Origin: Sphyrna mokarran | Lineage: Eukaryota | Reading direction: 5' to 3' | Length of the DNA: 64,000 nucleotides | Assembly: GCA_024679065.1 (NCBI GenBank) | Contig: JAGIQG010000016.1 | Coordinates: 1,922,001-1,986,000, forward strand | Shown here: positions 24,815 to 36,500 of the stretch, piece by piece | Layout of the letters: each line of letters opens with the position of its first letter | How positions within the stretch are numbered: position 1 is the first letter of the stretch | Made by a program: the position numbers and the translations under genes | Notes under the pieces: generated by a model | Databases searched by the model: none | Told to the model about the DNA's origin: nothing | The model's input: only the letters and a program-made list of their open reading frames with translations

Positions 24815-25410
24815 TATAGAGTCATAAAGGTTTACAGCATGAAAACAGGCCCTTTGGCCCAACTTGTCCATGTCCCCTTTCTTTTTTAAAATCCCTAAGC
24901 TAATCCCGATCACCCACATTTGGCCCATATCCCTCTAAACCCATTGTACCCATGTAACCAACTGCTTTTTAAAAGGCAAAATTGTACTTGTCTCTACTAC
25001 TACCTCTAGCTGTTCCAGGTACTCACCACCCTCTGTGTGAAAACATTGCCCCTCTGGACACTTCTGTATCTATCCCCTCTCACTTTAAACTTATGCCCTC
25101 TAGTTTTAGACTCCTTTATCTTTGGGAGAAGATATTGACTATCTAGCTGATCTGTGGCCCTCATTATTTTATAGATCTTTACAAGATCACCCCTTAGCCT
25201 CCTACGTTCCAGAGAAAAAAGTATCCAGCCTCTCCTTATAACTTAATCCATCAAGTCCTGGTAGCATCCTAGTAAATCTTTTCTGCACTCTTTCTAGTTT
25301 AATAATATCCTTTCTATAATAGGGTGACCAGAATTGCACACACTATTCTAAGTGCGGTTTTACCAATGTCTTGTACAACCTCAATAAGACATTCCAACTT
25401 CTGTATTCAA
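24815..25410 (-). mobile_element. CR1 LINE 3' fragment
   Basis: Reverse complement of 54700-55300-type ORF2 end. Confidence 0.85.
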
Positions 25411-26290
25411 TTGTTAAGAAAGAATTGCTATTGTTAAGAAAGTGCATAAACACCTCCTCTACTTTCTCAGGAGACTAAGGAAATTCAGCATGTCCACTAT
25501 GTCTCTCACTAATGTTTACAGATGCAACATAGAAAGCATTCTTTCTGGATGTATCACAGCTTGGTATGGTTCCTGCTCTGCCCAAGACTGCAAGAAACTA
25601 CAAAGGGTTGCCAATGTAGCCCAGACCATCATGCAATCTAGCTTCCCAACCATTGACTCCATCTATACTTCCCAGTACCTCGGAAAAGCAGCCAGCATAA
25701 TTAAGGACCACACGCACCTGGACGTTCTCTCTTCCACTTTCTTCCGTCAGGAATAAGATACAGAAGTTTGACATTACATCCCAAATCTACTCAAGAACCC
25801 TCAAGCTATGACTGTAACACTACATTCTGCACCCTCTTCTTTGTTTCTTTATACGTGTATATTTTGTCTGTATAGTGTGCAAGAAACAATGTTTGCACTG
25901 TGTGCTAATATATGTGACAAAAATAAATTAATCATAGAATCCTACAGTGCAGAAAGAGACCCTTCGGCCCACTGAGTCTGCACTGAAACAATCCCACCCA
26001 GGCCCTACCCCCATATCCCTACATATTATACCCACTAATCCCCCTAACCTACGCATCCCTGGACACTAAGGGACAATTTCTCAGCATGGCCAATTCAACC
26101 TAACCTGCACATCTTTGGACTGTGAGCACCCGGAGGAAACCCCGCAGACATGAGGAGAATGTGCAAACTCCACACAGACAGTGACCTGAGCCAGGAATCG
26201 AACCCAGGACCCTGGAGCTGTGAAGCAGCAGTGCTAACCACTGTGTTACCGTGCCGCCCAAAATCAAATTAAAATCAAATCAAATAGGAA
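25410..26290 (+). mobile_element. Rex1/Babar-like LINE 3' fragment with nested SINE
   Basis: LYFLRRLRKF..YRC.IESIL..CITAWYG.C...D.KKLQRV (DUF1891-type); (ATCAA)n tail. Confidence 0.85.
25932..26259 (-). mobile_element. Well-preserved HE1-like SINE
   Basis: Reverse complement begins GGGCGGCACGGTAACACAGTGGTTAGCACTG..GGTTCGATTCC (A and B boxes); CR1-like 3' tail. Confidence 0.9.
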
Positions 26291-26319
26291 ACTCAGATAC
26301 CCATCAATCATCAAAGTAA

Positions 26320-27335
26320 TAACATAAGAACATAAGACATAGAGCAAGAGTAGGCCATCTAGCCCTTCGAGCCTGCCCCACCATTCAATAAGATCATGGC
26401 TGATCTGAAAGTGATTCAGTTCCACTTACCTGCCTGCTCCCCATAACCCTTAATTTCCTTATTGTCAGAAATCTATTTACCCGCGACTTATTCAACGAGG
26501 TAGTCTCCATCACTGTTCTAAACTGACTCCCCCTTATTTTCTGGCTGTGTCCTCTATTCTTGTTTCCTTTCTGGGTGGAAAGAACCTCTCTGCTTCTATC
26601 CTATCTAGCCCCTGCATTATCTTATATGTCTCTACAAGATCACCCCTCAAACCTTCTAAACTCTAATGAGTACAGGCCCAATCTACTCAATCTCTCCTCA
26701 TAAGCTATAATCCTCATCTTCAGTATCAATATGGTGAACCATATCCTTTCGCAAATAAGGGGACCAAAATTGCACACAGTATTCCACTTGCGGCCTCACC
26801 AGTGCTCTGTACAGTTGCAGCAAGACCTCCCTGCTTTTATATTCTACCCCCCTCGCGATAAAGGCCAACATTCTATTTGCCTTCTTGATCACCTGCTGCA
26901 CCTGCAGACTGAGTTTTTGCAATTCATGCACAAGGACCCCCAGGTCCCTCTGCACAGTAGCATGTTGTAATTTTTCACCATTTAAATAATAGTCCATTTT
27001 ACGAATAATACTTCCAAAGTGGATGATCTCACACTTGCTAACGTTATACTCCAACTGCCAGATCCTTGCCCACTCACTCAGCCTATCCAAATCTCTCTGC
27101 AGACTTTCCACGTCCTCCATGCAATTCGCTTTCCCACTCATCTTTGTGTCATCAGCAAACTTTGTTACCCTACAATTGGTCCTCTCCTCCAGATCGTCTA
27201 TGTGTATGGTAAATAGTTGAGGCCCCAGCACCGATCTCTGCAGCACGCCACCAGTCACCAACTGCCAAACAAGAAAAGCATCCATTGATTCCAACTCGTT
27301 GCTTCCTGTTAGATAGTCAATCCTCAATACACACT
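26320..27335 (-). mobile_element. CR1 LINE RT/3' fragment
   Basis: GV.Q.SVLGP.LF, KFADDTK, YCVQFWSP. Confidence 0.92.
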
Positions 27336-27829
27336 AGTACACAGAGAGGAGTTCCATTGCACTTAATGGAAGTGCAATAGAACCCAGTGGGACTGGTAAT
27401 TCCTTTCCCACTTCTTCACTGGCATCATGAACAGTGGCGCAAAAATGACATAAAAATGAAACTGAAGACATAAATCTGTCATGAACTGTGTGACTTTAAA
27501 ACAAAACAACAAAGTGGGGAAACTTAAAGCAAGAACTTGCTATACTGCAGGTGGGAATAAAAAAACCAAAGGACACAGGACCAGGAGTAAGCCATTCGGC
27601 CTCTTGCGCTTTTTATTCTTCATCTCTTGTTAGCACGGAAGAAGTAACACATGCGCTCTGTATACTGAGCTTAGTCTTCCCCAGTCATTGGTTTCCCGAA
27701 GAAGGCAAGATGGCTTTTTCTTATGGGAGAAGATTCTTGACTTGTGGAGACTATCTGGAGAGAGAGGTAGAGAAAAAGATTCTCATTGCCAATGTAATAA
27801 TTTAACTAACTGCTACTTTCCCATTACCA

Positions 27830-28125
27830 AATGGGAATGCAGAGCTAAGGGTCAGTAGATTGAAGATAAGGGGTAAACCATTTAGAACTGAGGTGAGGAG
27901 AAATTTCTTCACCCAGAGGGTGGTTGATATGTTGAATTCGTTATGACAGAAAATAGTTGAGATCAAATGTGTGATTTCAAGAAGAATTTAGATATGGCTC
28001 TTGGAACTTAAGGGGTCAAGGGATATGGGGAAAAGGCGGGATTAGGATGTTGAATTTGATGATGAGCCATGATCATAATGACTGGCAGAACAGGCTTAAA
28101 AGACTGAATGGTCTACTTCTGCTTC
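27830..28125 (+). mobile_element. CR1 3' fragment (similar piece at 29680-29920)
   Basis: AATTTCTTCACCCAGAGGGTGG plus CR1 3' UTR. Confidence 0.8.
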
Positions 28126-30654
28126 TGCCTCTGCTCACTCAATAAGGAAACTCATATTGTACAAAGTCCATGAGGAGATCTATCAAAGATCTCCTGCAAC
28201 CTTCACGGCCATCATAATATAACCCTTTTCTGATTTAAAAGGATGATGAAAAAATCTTCATCATCATCAGCTATCTATCTCTGCTGTGTGCCTGGCTGTT
28301 TTCTTCTGATGGTGATGCATATACCTCATGGGCCTTACCTCTCAGCATATCCTATCAGAGTAATGTCTAGATATATTTTGACTATTTAGTTTGCTTAGCT
28401 ACCTTCTTGATAGAAATAAAGAATGCCTCAATATCCCTTTCCTTAAACCTTGGGAGGGTTTGTACAAATTTAAATATCCCTCGACTGTGTGCTGGTCTGG
28501 ACATTAGTCCTTTCTCACCTTCTAGTCACTCTTTACTGGTAGACTTCACTGGCAGACTTTAAAGGCGAAATTTTCTCCATCTCTGTCTCCTTTTCTCTTT
28601 CTTCCCCTTTAACTTCTCCATTTCCTACTCCCTTTCCTGATTTCTGTCTCAGTCTTGCCTTTCTGCTTGTTCTCTTTGAAACATTCACCCTCTTACCTTG
28701 TCCTCCCTTTCTTGCTTTTTCATTTCCCCTTTGCTCTTTCCTCTCTTTTTCTTTCTCTTCCTTCCAATTTGCAGTTTTTTTCATTTGTAACTGATCTTAA
28801 CTAATTCCAGTAACTCACCTTTTGGAGAACTCAGTCTTTTGGGTATCCCTTCCAATTTCAAATGCTGCAATATCACTTCAACTATCTCTGTTTTGTTTTA
28901 CCACTGCAGTTAATTTTCATTGTAACTTATTCATAAATTCTTTTAACTGAGCTTTTGTCGTTTTTTGCAAACCATCCAAGATCATATTTCCAATCCCAGC
29001 AAAGGCTTACCAATTGCCAAAACCATTTTGCAGTCTGTCTATTTTAAAAACCTACAACAGCATATTCTGAATTCAGCATTCTCCTCACACCTTAGCCAGC
29101 ACCTTCTGAATATACGAACACTGCCATCTAGAAGGACAAGGGCAACAGATACCTGGGAGCACTACCACCTGGAGGTTCCCTCAAATCACCCATCATCCTG
29201 ACTTGGAAATACATTGGCTGTTCCTTCACTGTCACTGAATCAAGTTCCTAGAATTACCTCCCTAACAGCATCTCGGGTGTACCTACACCTCAGGACTGCA
29301 GCGGTTCAAGAAGGCAGGTCATCATCCCCTTCAACACTTCCTCCTTTGATATACTGACATTCTACAGCGTTCACAAGCCCACCACTGACTTCAACATCCA
29401 TCATGTCCTTCTCCTTGATGAATATTGATAGTGAGTACTCATCAAAGATCTCACCATTTCTTGTGGCTTCAGGCATAACTTCCCTCCATTGTCTTTGAAC
29501 GAGAAAGTACTCTTCCTCTTGCTACTCTCTTGCTCCTAATATATGCATAAAAAGCCTTGGGATTCTCCTTGATCTTGTTGCTCAAGACATTTCATTGCCC
29601 CCTTTAATTTACCCTCCTAATTTACATTCCTTCCTAGTTTCTCTATATTCCGCAAGTGCTCACTCAATTTTCAGTACTGAGGGAAGGGGAAAATGCTTCA
29701 CTCAGAGAGTGGTGAATCTGTGGAATTTACTACCAAAAACCTGTGTACTTTCAAGAAGAAATTACATATAGCTCTTGGAGCTAAAGGGGTCAAGGGATAC
29801 GAGGAGAAGGGAGGGGGCAGAAATCAGGATATTCAATCTGATAATCAGCAATGATCACAATGAATGGCAGAGCACGTTTGGAGGGCCAAATGGCCTACTC
29901 CTGCTTCTAGTTTCTATGTTTCTCCAGGGCAACTAGGGATGGGGAATAAATACCAGGCCTACCCAGCAATGCCCACGTCCCATAAATGAATTAGAAATAA
30001 ATCACTGACAATTATTGGGAGGCTTTGGTGGAGCAAATGGCTCAGCACAGAACTTGAAGCCCTATACTGTGACTCCATGTTAATATGCTGTACTTCAAGA
30101 CCACTGAAAGCCCAACTGGATTCCTCCCTCTTAGACACATCATTATAACATGGCAATGTGCATCTATCAGGAACCTGATCAAGGTCAAAAGTGTGGGCAT
30201 ATCCTGAAAGATGGGTGACAAATGGGTAAGTGGATGGGATAATGAACCAGGTACTTGTTCACATTCAGCTGCCCACTGTATCTTGGCAGCTAACTCCATG
30301 AACTCTGCAGAATCTCTGTTCTAGACAGTGTAAGCAAGGTGATGGCATCGCCATGGCTGTGTCTAGTGACTCCATTCCTTGCTTTCAGTAGAGGACACTT
30401 TGATTAGGCAGCACCATTGACAATTCTCCCAGAGGGAAAGCCCATGTTGGGCCATCTGTTCCAAGCTGGGCTAACAGTTGGACAAAATATACATATCTTT
30501 CCAATATTCTATAGATTTTATAGAAAAGTTCCAGTAGATTGGAGAGTAGTTAACAGAAGCCCACTTTTTAAAAATGGAGGGAGAGAGAAAATAGTGAATT
30601 ATAGACCGGTTACCCTGACATCGGTAGTGTGCAAAATGCTGGAGTCAAATGTGA

Positions 30655-30980
30655 ATCATAGAACCCTACAGTGCAGAAAGAGGCCCTTCGAGTTTGCACC
30701 AAACACAATCCCATCCAGGCCCTACACCCATATCCCTACATATTACACCCACTAATCCCTCTAACCTTCGCTACCCTGGACACTAAGGGCCAATTTCTTA
30801 GCATGGCCAATCAACCTAACTTGCACATCTTTGGACTGTGGGAGGAAACCAGAGCACCTGGAGGAAATACACGCAGACATGAAGAGAGTGTGCAAATTCC
30901 ACATAGATAGTAGAGACCCAAGCCAAGAATCGAACCCAGGTACCTGGAGCTGTGAAGCAGCAGTGCTAACTAGTGTGCCC
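30655..30980 (-). mobile_element. HE1-like SINE
   Basis: Homologous to 25932-26259. Confidence 0.88.
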
Positions 30981-31258
30981 AATGAAGTATGTAATAACTG
31001 AGCATTTGGGAAGTGGTGACAGAATCAGTCCAAGTCAGTATGGATTCACTGAATGGAAATCATGCTTGACAAATCTTCTGGAATTTTTTGAAGATTTTAC
31101 CATAAGAATGGAGAAGGATGAAACAGCAGTTGCTGTGTATCTGGACTTACAAAAGACTTTTGTCAAGGTCCCACACAATAGGTTAATGAACTAAATTAAA
31201 ACTCAGGAAATTGGGGGTAATGTATTAACATGGATAGAGAACTGGATAGAGAACAGGA

Positions 31259-31550
31259 TGTAGAGATGCCGGCATTGGACTGGGGTAAACTCAGTAAGAG
31301 GTCTGGCAACACCAATTTTAAATCCAACGATTTATTTGATAGTAAATCTGCTAGCTTTTGGCGTTTGTGCCTTTGTCAGGCAAATGAGGTGTTCTGGTCT
31401 CCAAAAGCACACATATCAGCACAGATTGTACTGTAAACTGTCTGTGCTGATATGTGCTTTTGGAGACCTGAACACCTCATTCGCCTAACGAAGGCACAAA
31501 CGCCGAAAGCTAGCAGATTTACTATCAAATAAATTGGTTGGATTTAAAAT
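31259..31550. mobile_element. Penelope-type palindromic (inverted pLTR) insertion with hammerhead-like cores
   Basis: ~110-bp inverted arms with ~15-nt loop; 12-bp direct flank TAGAGAACAGGA at 31247-31258 and 31551-31562. Confidence 0.85.
31480..31517 (+). ncRNA. Degenerate minimal hammerhead ribozyme (mirror copy 31347-31384 on minus)
   Basis: ttcgc-CTAACGA-a-GGC-acaaac-GCC-GAA-AGCT-A-gcaga; core CUGANGA carries one substitution. Confidence 0.65.
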
Positions 31551-32629
31551 TAGAGAACAGGAAGCACAAGTGGGAATAAATGGGTTATTTTCAGAGTGGC
31601 AGGCAGTGATAATTGGGGTATCACTGAGTTCAGTGCTGGAACTGCAGCTATTCACAATATACATTAATGATATAGACAAAAGAATTGAATGCAATATCTC
31701 CAAATTTGCAGACAACAGAGTGAAAGTGTGTGTTGTGAGGAGGATGCTAAGAGACTGCAGAGAGACTTGGATAGGCTGGCTGAATGAACAAATACTTGGC
31801 AGATGCAGTATAATGTGGATGAATGTGAGGTTATTATCCATTTTGATGGCAAAAACAGGAAAGTTTATCTGAAAGGTGGCAATTTAGGAAAAGGGGAAGT
31901 GCAACTTGGCCTGAGTATCATGGTGGAGCAGTCCCTGAAGGTTAGCATGCAGGTCAGTATAGGTGGCATGAGGAAAGCTAATGGCACGCTGGCCTTTATA
32001 GTGTGATGTTAGCATACCTTTAAGAGATTTTTTTTTCTACATTTTTTCCTGAAGTTGTAAGCAGGCCTTTTTGGCATCAGTTGTTTTCTCATTACACACA
32101 GTTTGGCTGGGGGAGTTTATTTATTACTGTTTAAAGAGAGGATTGTTTATTTTTACGGGGATGTTTATGAGCCTGCGTTGTTGGGAGAAAAACTGGTTGG
32201 CAAGTCAGATGATAAGAGCTCTTTCATTTTCAGTTTGGAGCTGCAGGTTTTAGTTTTAGAAGGAACAGCAAGCTGAAAAGAAGTCTCTCTCCCTCCCTGG
32301 TTTTAGAAATTCTGCTGGTCAACTGAGAGCAAGATCTCGTCTTTCTGAAGGAGGGATCTGCTGTTGGTGGCTTCCCTATAATCCCTGGTGTTTTGGGAAG
32401 TTGTTCTGACTTCAAACAGTTCTGAGTGTATCCAGAAAACTGTAGACTTCATTCCTGTCCTTTATTCGTCTTAGTCTTTGCTGTGTTGAATTTGTTTGAA
32501 GGGTCTTGTTTATAGGACTGATTTGATTGGTACAGCTCCTATATCCATGAAGCGTTATATATTATCATGGTTGTTTTATTTGTAATTGATAGAAGTTATT
32601 GCTAATATTCTTACATGTTAACTATATTT

Positions 32630-35600
32630 AGAATATAGAACATAGAACACTACAGCACAAACTGGCCCTTAGGCTCACAAGTTGTGCCCATTATATCTAT
32701 ACCTACTAGGCCACAGAACTATCTGTAACTCCCAATCCCATTTAATCCCATGTACTCATCCAGAAATCTTTTAAAAGATCCCAGCGAGTTCACCTCCACC
32801 ACCACTGATGGCAGCTGATTACATTCACTCACACCCCCTGACATCTCTGTACTTGCTTAAATCTGTGCCCTCTCATAGCGACCATTTCAGCCCTGGGAAA
32901 TAGCCTCTGAGAATCCACTCTATCTATTCCTCTCAACATTTTATAAACCTCTATCAGGTCGCCTCTCAACCTTAGTCTTTCCAGGGAGAAGAGACCTAGC
33001 TCTCTCAACCTATCTTCATAAGGCATGCCTCCCAATCCAAGCAACATCCTTGTAAATCTCCTCTGCACTCTCTCAATAGCTTCCACATCCTTCCTGTAGT
33101 GAGGTGTCCAGAAGTGTACATAGTACTCCAAGTGGGATCTGACAAGGGTCTTATAAAGTTGCAGCATTACCTCCCAACTCCTAAACTCAATCCCTTGATT
33201 AATGAAGGCCAGTATACCATATACCTTCTTGACACCATCCTCCACCTGCAAGGCTGATTTAAGAGACTTGGACCCCAAGATCCTTCTGCTCCTCAACACT
33301 GCTAAGACTCCTACCCTTGATATTATATTCCTTTATCCCACTGGTCCTGCCAAAATGGACCACTACACATTTATCAACGTTGAAGTCAATCTGCCACTTC
33401 TCTGCCCAGTCTTGCATCCTATCTAATGTCTTGCTGCAACTTCTGACATCCCTCCAGACTATCCACAACACCACCAACCTTCATATCGTCAGTGAACTTA
33501 CCAACGTATCCTTCCACTTCCTCATTTATGAAAATGACAAACAAGGGTCCTAGAATAGAATAGAGTGCCCTGGGGCACTCCACTGATGACTGACTTCCAT
33601 GCAGAAAAAGACCCATCCACAACCTTCTGCAGGCAAGCCAGTTCCGGATCCACAAGGCCAAAGCTCTTTGGATCCCATGCCCTCTCACCTTCTCAAAAAG
33701 TCTTGCATGGTGTTCTTGTCAAACGCCTTGCTGAAATCCATGTAAACCACATCTACCGTTCTTCCTTTGTCAATGTATTCAGTCACATTTTCAAAGAACT
33801 CCAATAGACTCATAAGGCACGACCTGCTCTTGACAAAGCCATGTTGACTATTTCTGATCAAACTAAACTTCTCTGAATGCTCATAAATCCTATCCCTTAG
33901 GATCCTCTCCATCAACTTACGAACCACTGAGGTCAGACTCACAGGCCATTTCCCAGGCTATTCCTGTTCCCTTTCTTGAAAATAGGAACCACATCCACAA
34001 TCCTCCAGTTCTCCGGAACCTCTCCTGTTTCCATCGACGATGCAAAGATTATCGCCGGGGCTCTGCAATCACTTCCCTCACCTCCCACAGTAACCTGGGG
34101 TACATCCCATTCGGTCCCTGCCACTTACCTATCTTGAGAGAATTTAAAAGTTCTGACACATTCTCTTTCTTAACGTCCACTTATTCAATTTTTTCGTCTG
34201 CTGAAAACTTGCAGAACAACCTCCCAGATCACTTGCCACCATAAATACCAAAGCAAAGTACTCATTAGGCACCTCTGCTATTTCTTCCGGTTCCACTCAG
34301 ACTTTTATCCCTTCACCTTTTAAAGGTCCAATCTCTTCACTTCTCATCTTTTTTACTCTTCACATATTTGTAAACACCTTGGGATTCTCCTTAATCTTAT
34401 TCGCCAAGGCCTTCTCATGACAACTTCTGGCTCTCCTAAGTTCCTTTTTAAGCTACTTTCTACAAGCTTTATACATCTCTAGATCCTTAACGTCTCCTAG
34501 CTCTCTGAACCTTTTGTACACCTTTCTTTTCTTGACTAGGTTCATCACAACCTTCGTGCACAACGGTTCCCGCAACCTACCAAAACCTCCTTGTCTCATT
34601 GGAACATTGTCGTGCAGAGCGCCAGACAAACATTCCTTGAAAATCCGCCACCTTCCTTCAATACTTTTCCCCAAAAAAAGTTCCTTTCAGTTTACTCGAG
34701 CAATTTTCTGCCTGATGATTTCATATTTCCCCCTACTCCAGATAAATACCTTCCTATCCTGCATGATCCTATCTCTTTCCAATGCTATCGTGAAGGGAAT
34801 AGAATTATGATCACCATCCCCGGAATGCTCTCCTACTGAGAGATCCAATACCTGTCCTGGTTCATTAGACAGAACCAGGTCAAGTACAGCCTCTCCTCTC
34901 AATAGGTTTATCCACATGCCGTGTCAGGAAACCCTTCTGAACTCACCTAACAAACTCCTCCCCATCCAAACCCCTTACCCTAGGGATATTCTAGTCAATG
35001 TTTGGGAAATTAAAGTCTCCCATCACGACAACTCTGTTATTATACATCTGTCTAGGATCTGTTTCCCTATCTGCACCTCAACTTTCCTGTCACTATTGGG
35101 TGGCCTGTAGAAAACACCCAGCAAAGTTATCAACCCCTTGCTGTTCCTAACTTTCACCCACAGAGACTCTGTAAACAGTCCCTCCACGGCATCCACCTTC
35201 TCTACAGCCGTGACACTGTCCCTGATCAACAATGCCACTCCGCCACCTCTTTTGCCTCCCTCCCTGTCTTTCCTGAAGCATGTGAATCCCAGCACCTGAA
35301 GTACCCAGTCCTGTCCCTCCATCACCCGTCTAACCTCACTCTCATGCTGTCTACAATCCTTCTCTTGGAGCTAACCTCCTCGCTCTCAGTCACCTCATTT
35401 CAATTCCTCCAACCTTTCTAGTTTAAAGTCTCCCCAATAGCCCTAGACCACCTTCCTGCCAAGATATTGGTCCCCCTGGGATTCAAGTGCTACTCGTCTT
35501 TATTATACAGATCACACCTGCCCCTAAAGAGGTCCCAACGATCCAGGAACTGGAATCCCCGCCCCCTGCTCCATTCCCTCAGCCACGCATTCACCCCCCA

Positions 35601-36500
35601 CCTCATTCTATTCCTGCTCTCACTCTCCCGCGGCGCAGGCAGCAATCCTGAAATTACTTCCTTTGCGTTCCTCTTTCTCAGCTGTCTACTTAATTCCCTA
35701 TAATCCCTTTTCATGACCCCTTCCTTCTTCCTGCCTATGACATTGCTCTAATTTATGTTGAGGGAAAAGAAAACTACCCAGGCCTCTTTGCAAACTCCTT
35801 CCGGTTTACACTTTAAAAAAAAACTCGAAAAGTTAGTTTTAAAAAAAAATCACTCTAGCTTACCCACAAGCTCTCCACTCACAAATCGCTGCCTCTCTGC
35901 TATGATCCCCAAGGAACAATGAGGTCGATTCCTTAAGGTGAGTAACTTTTAAAGGGGGAGAAAAAACTAACCAGGCCTCTTTGCAAACTCCTTCCAGTTT
36001 ACACTTTAAAAAAATACTCGAAAAGTTAGTTTTAGAAAAAAAATCACTCTAGCTTACCCACAAGCTCTCCACTCACAAATCGCTGCCTCTCTGCTATGCT
36101 TCCTAAGGAACAATGGGATCAATTCCTTAAGGTGAGTAACTTTTCAAGGGAAAAAAGACTACCCAAGTCTCTTTGCAAACTCAAAGAGAGATCAAGCTCA
36201 AAGAGCAACACAGCATGGGAAACAGGCCCTTCGGCCCAACGAGCCCGCGCCGCCGTCATAACTTTATAGTAACAATCCCATTTTCCTATTCTAATTTTAG
36301 GTTATTCCTAATATGGAAGAATCTCAATATAGGAACAAATTGTTTCCCAATCAGCCTAAGAGCTAATTTGTGGGATGGGAAACTCCTTCCAGTTTACAGT
36401 TTAAAAAAAACTCAAATAGTTTAAAAAAAATCACTCTAGCTTACCCACAAGCTCACCACTCACAAATCGCTGCCTCTCTGCTGTGCCCCCCAAGGAATAA
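32630..36500 (-). mobile_element. Near-full-length degenerate CR1: 5' tandem monomers, ORF1 esterase (SGNH-like) remnant, ORF2 EN+RT, tail
   Basis: VISGLLPAPR..NAWLREW...GFQFLD.W (ORF1); FRKDREGGKRGGGVALL, YRPP, LDLVL (EN); RT motifs; tail at 32630. Confidence 0.92.
35760..36500 (-). repeat. Three ~190-bp tandem monomers at the CR1 5' end (third interrupted at ~36180-36380)
   Basis: TCACTCTAGCTTACCCACAAGCTC..CACAAATCGCTGCCTCTCTGCT occurs at ~35850, ~36044, ~36431. Confidence 0.93.

Noticed and set aside
26185-26259. tRNA genes at SINE heads
   Set aside because: A/B-box heads continue into SINE body and LINE-like tails; no complete cloverleaf evident
28533-28784. Lys/Glu-rich minus-strand ORF
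   Set aside because: Low-complexity pyrimidine tract with no domain or splice support
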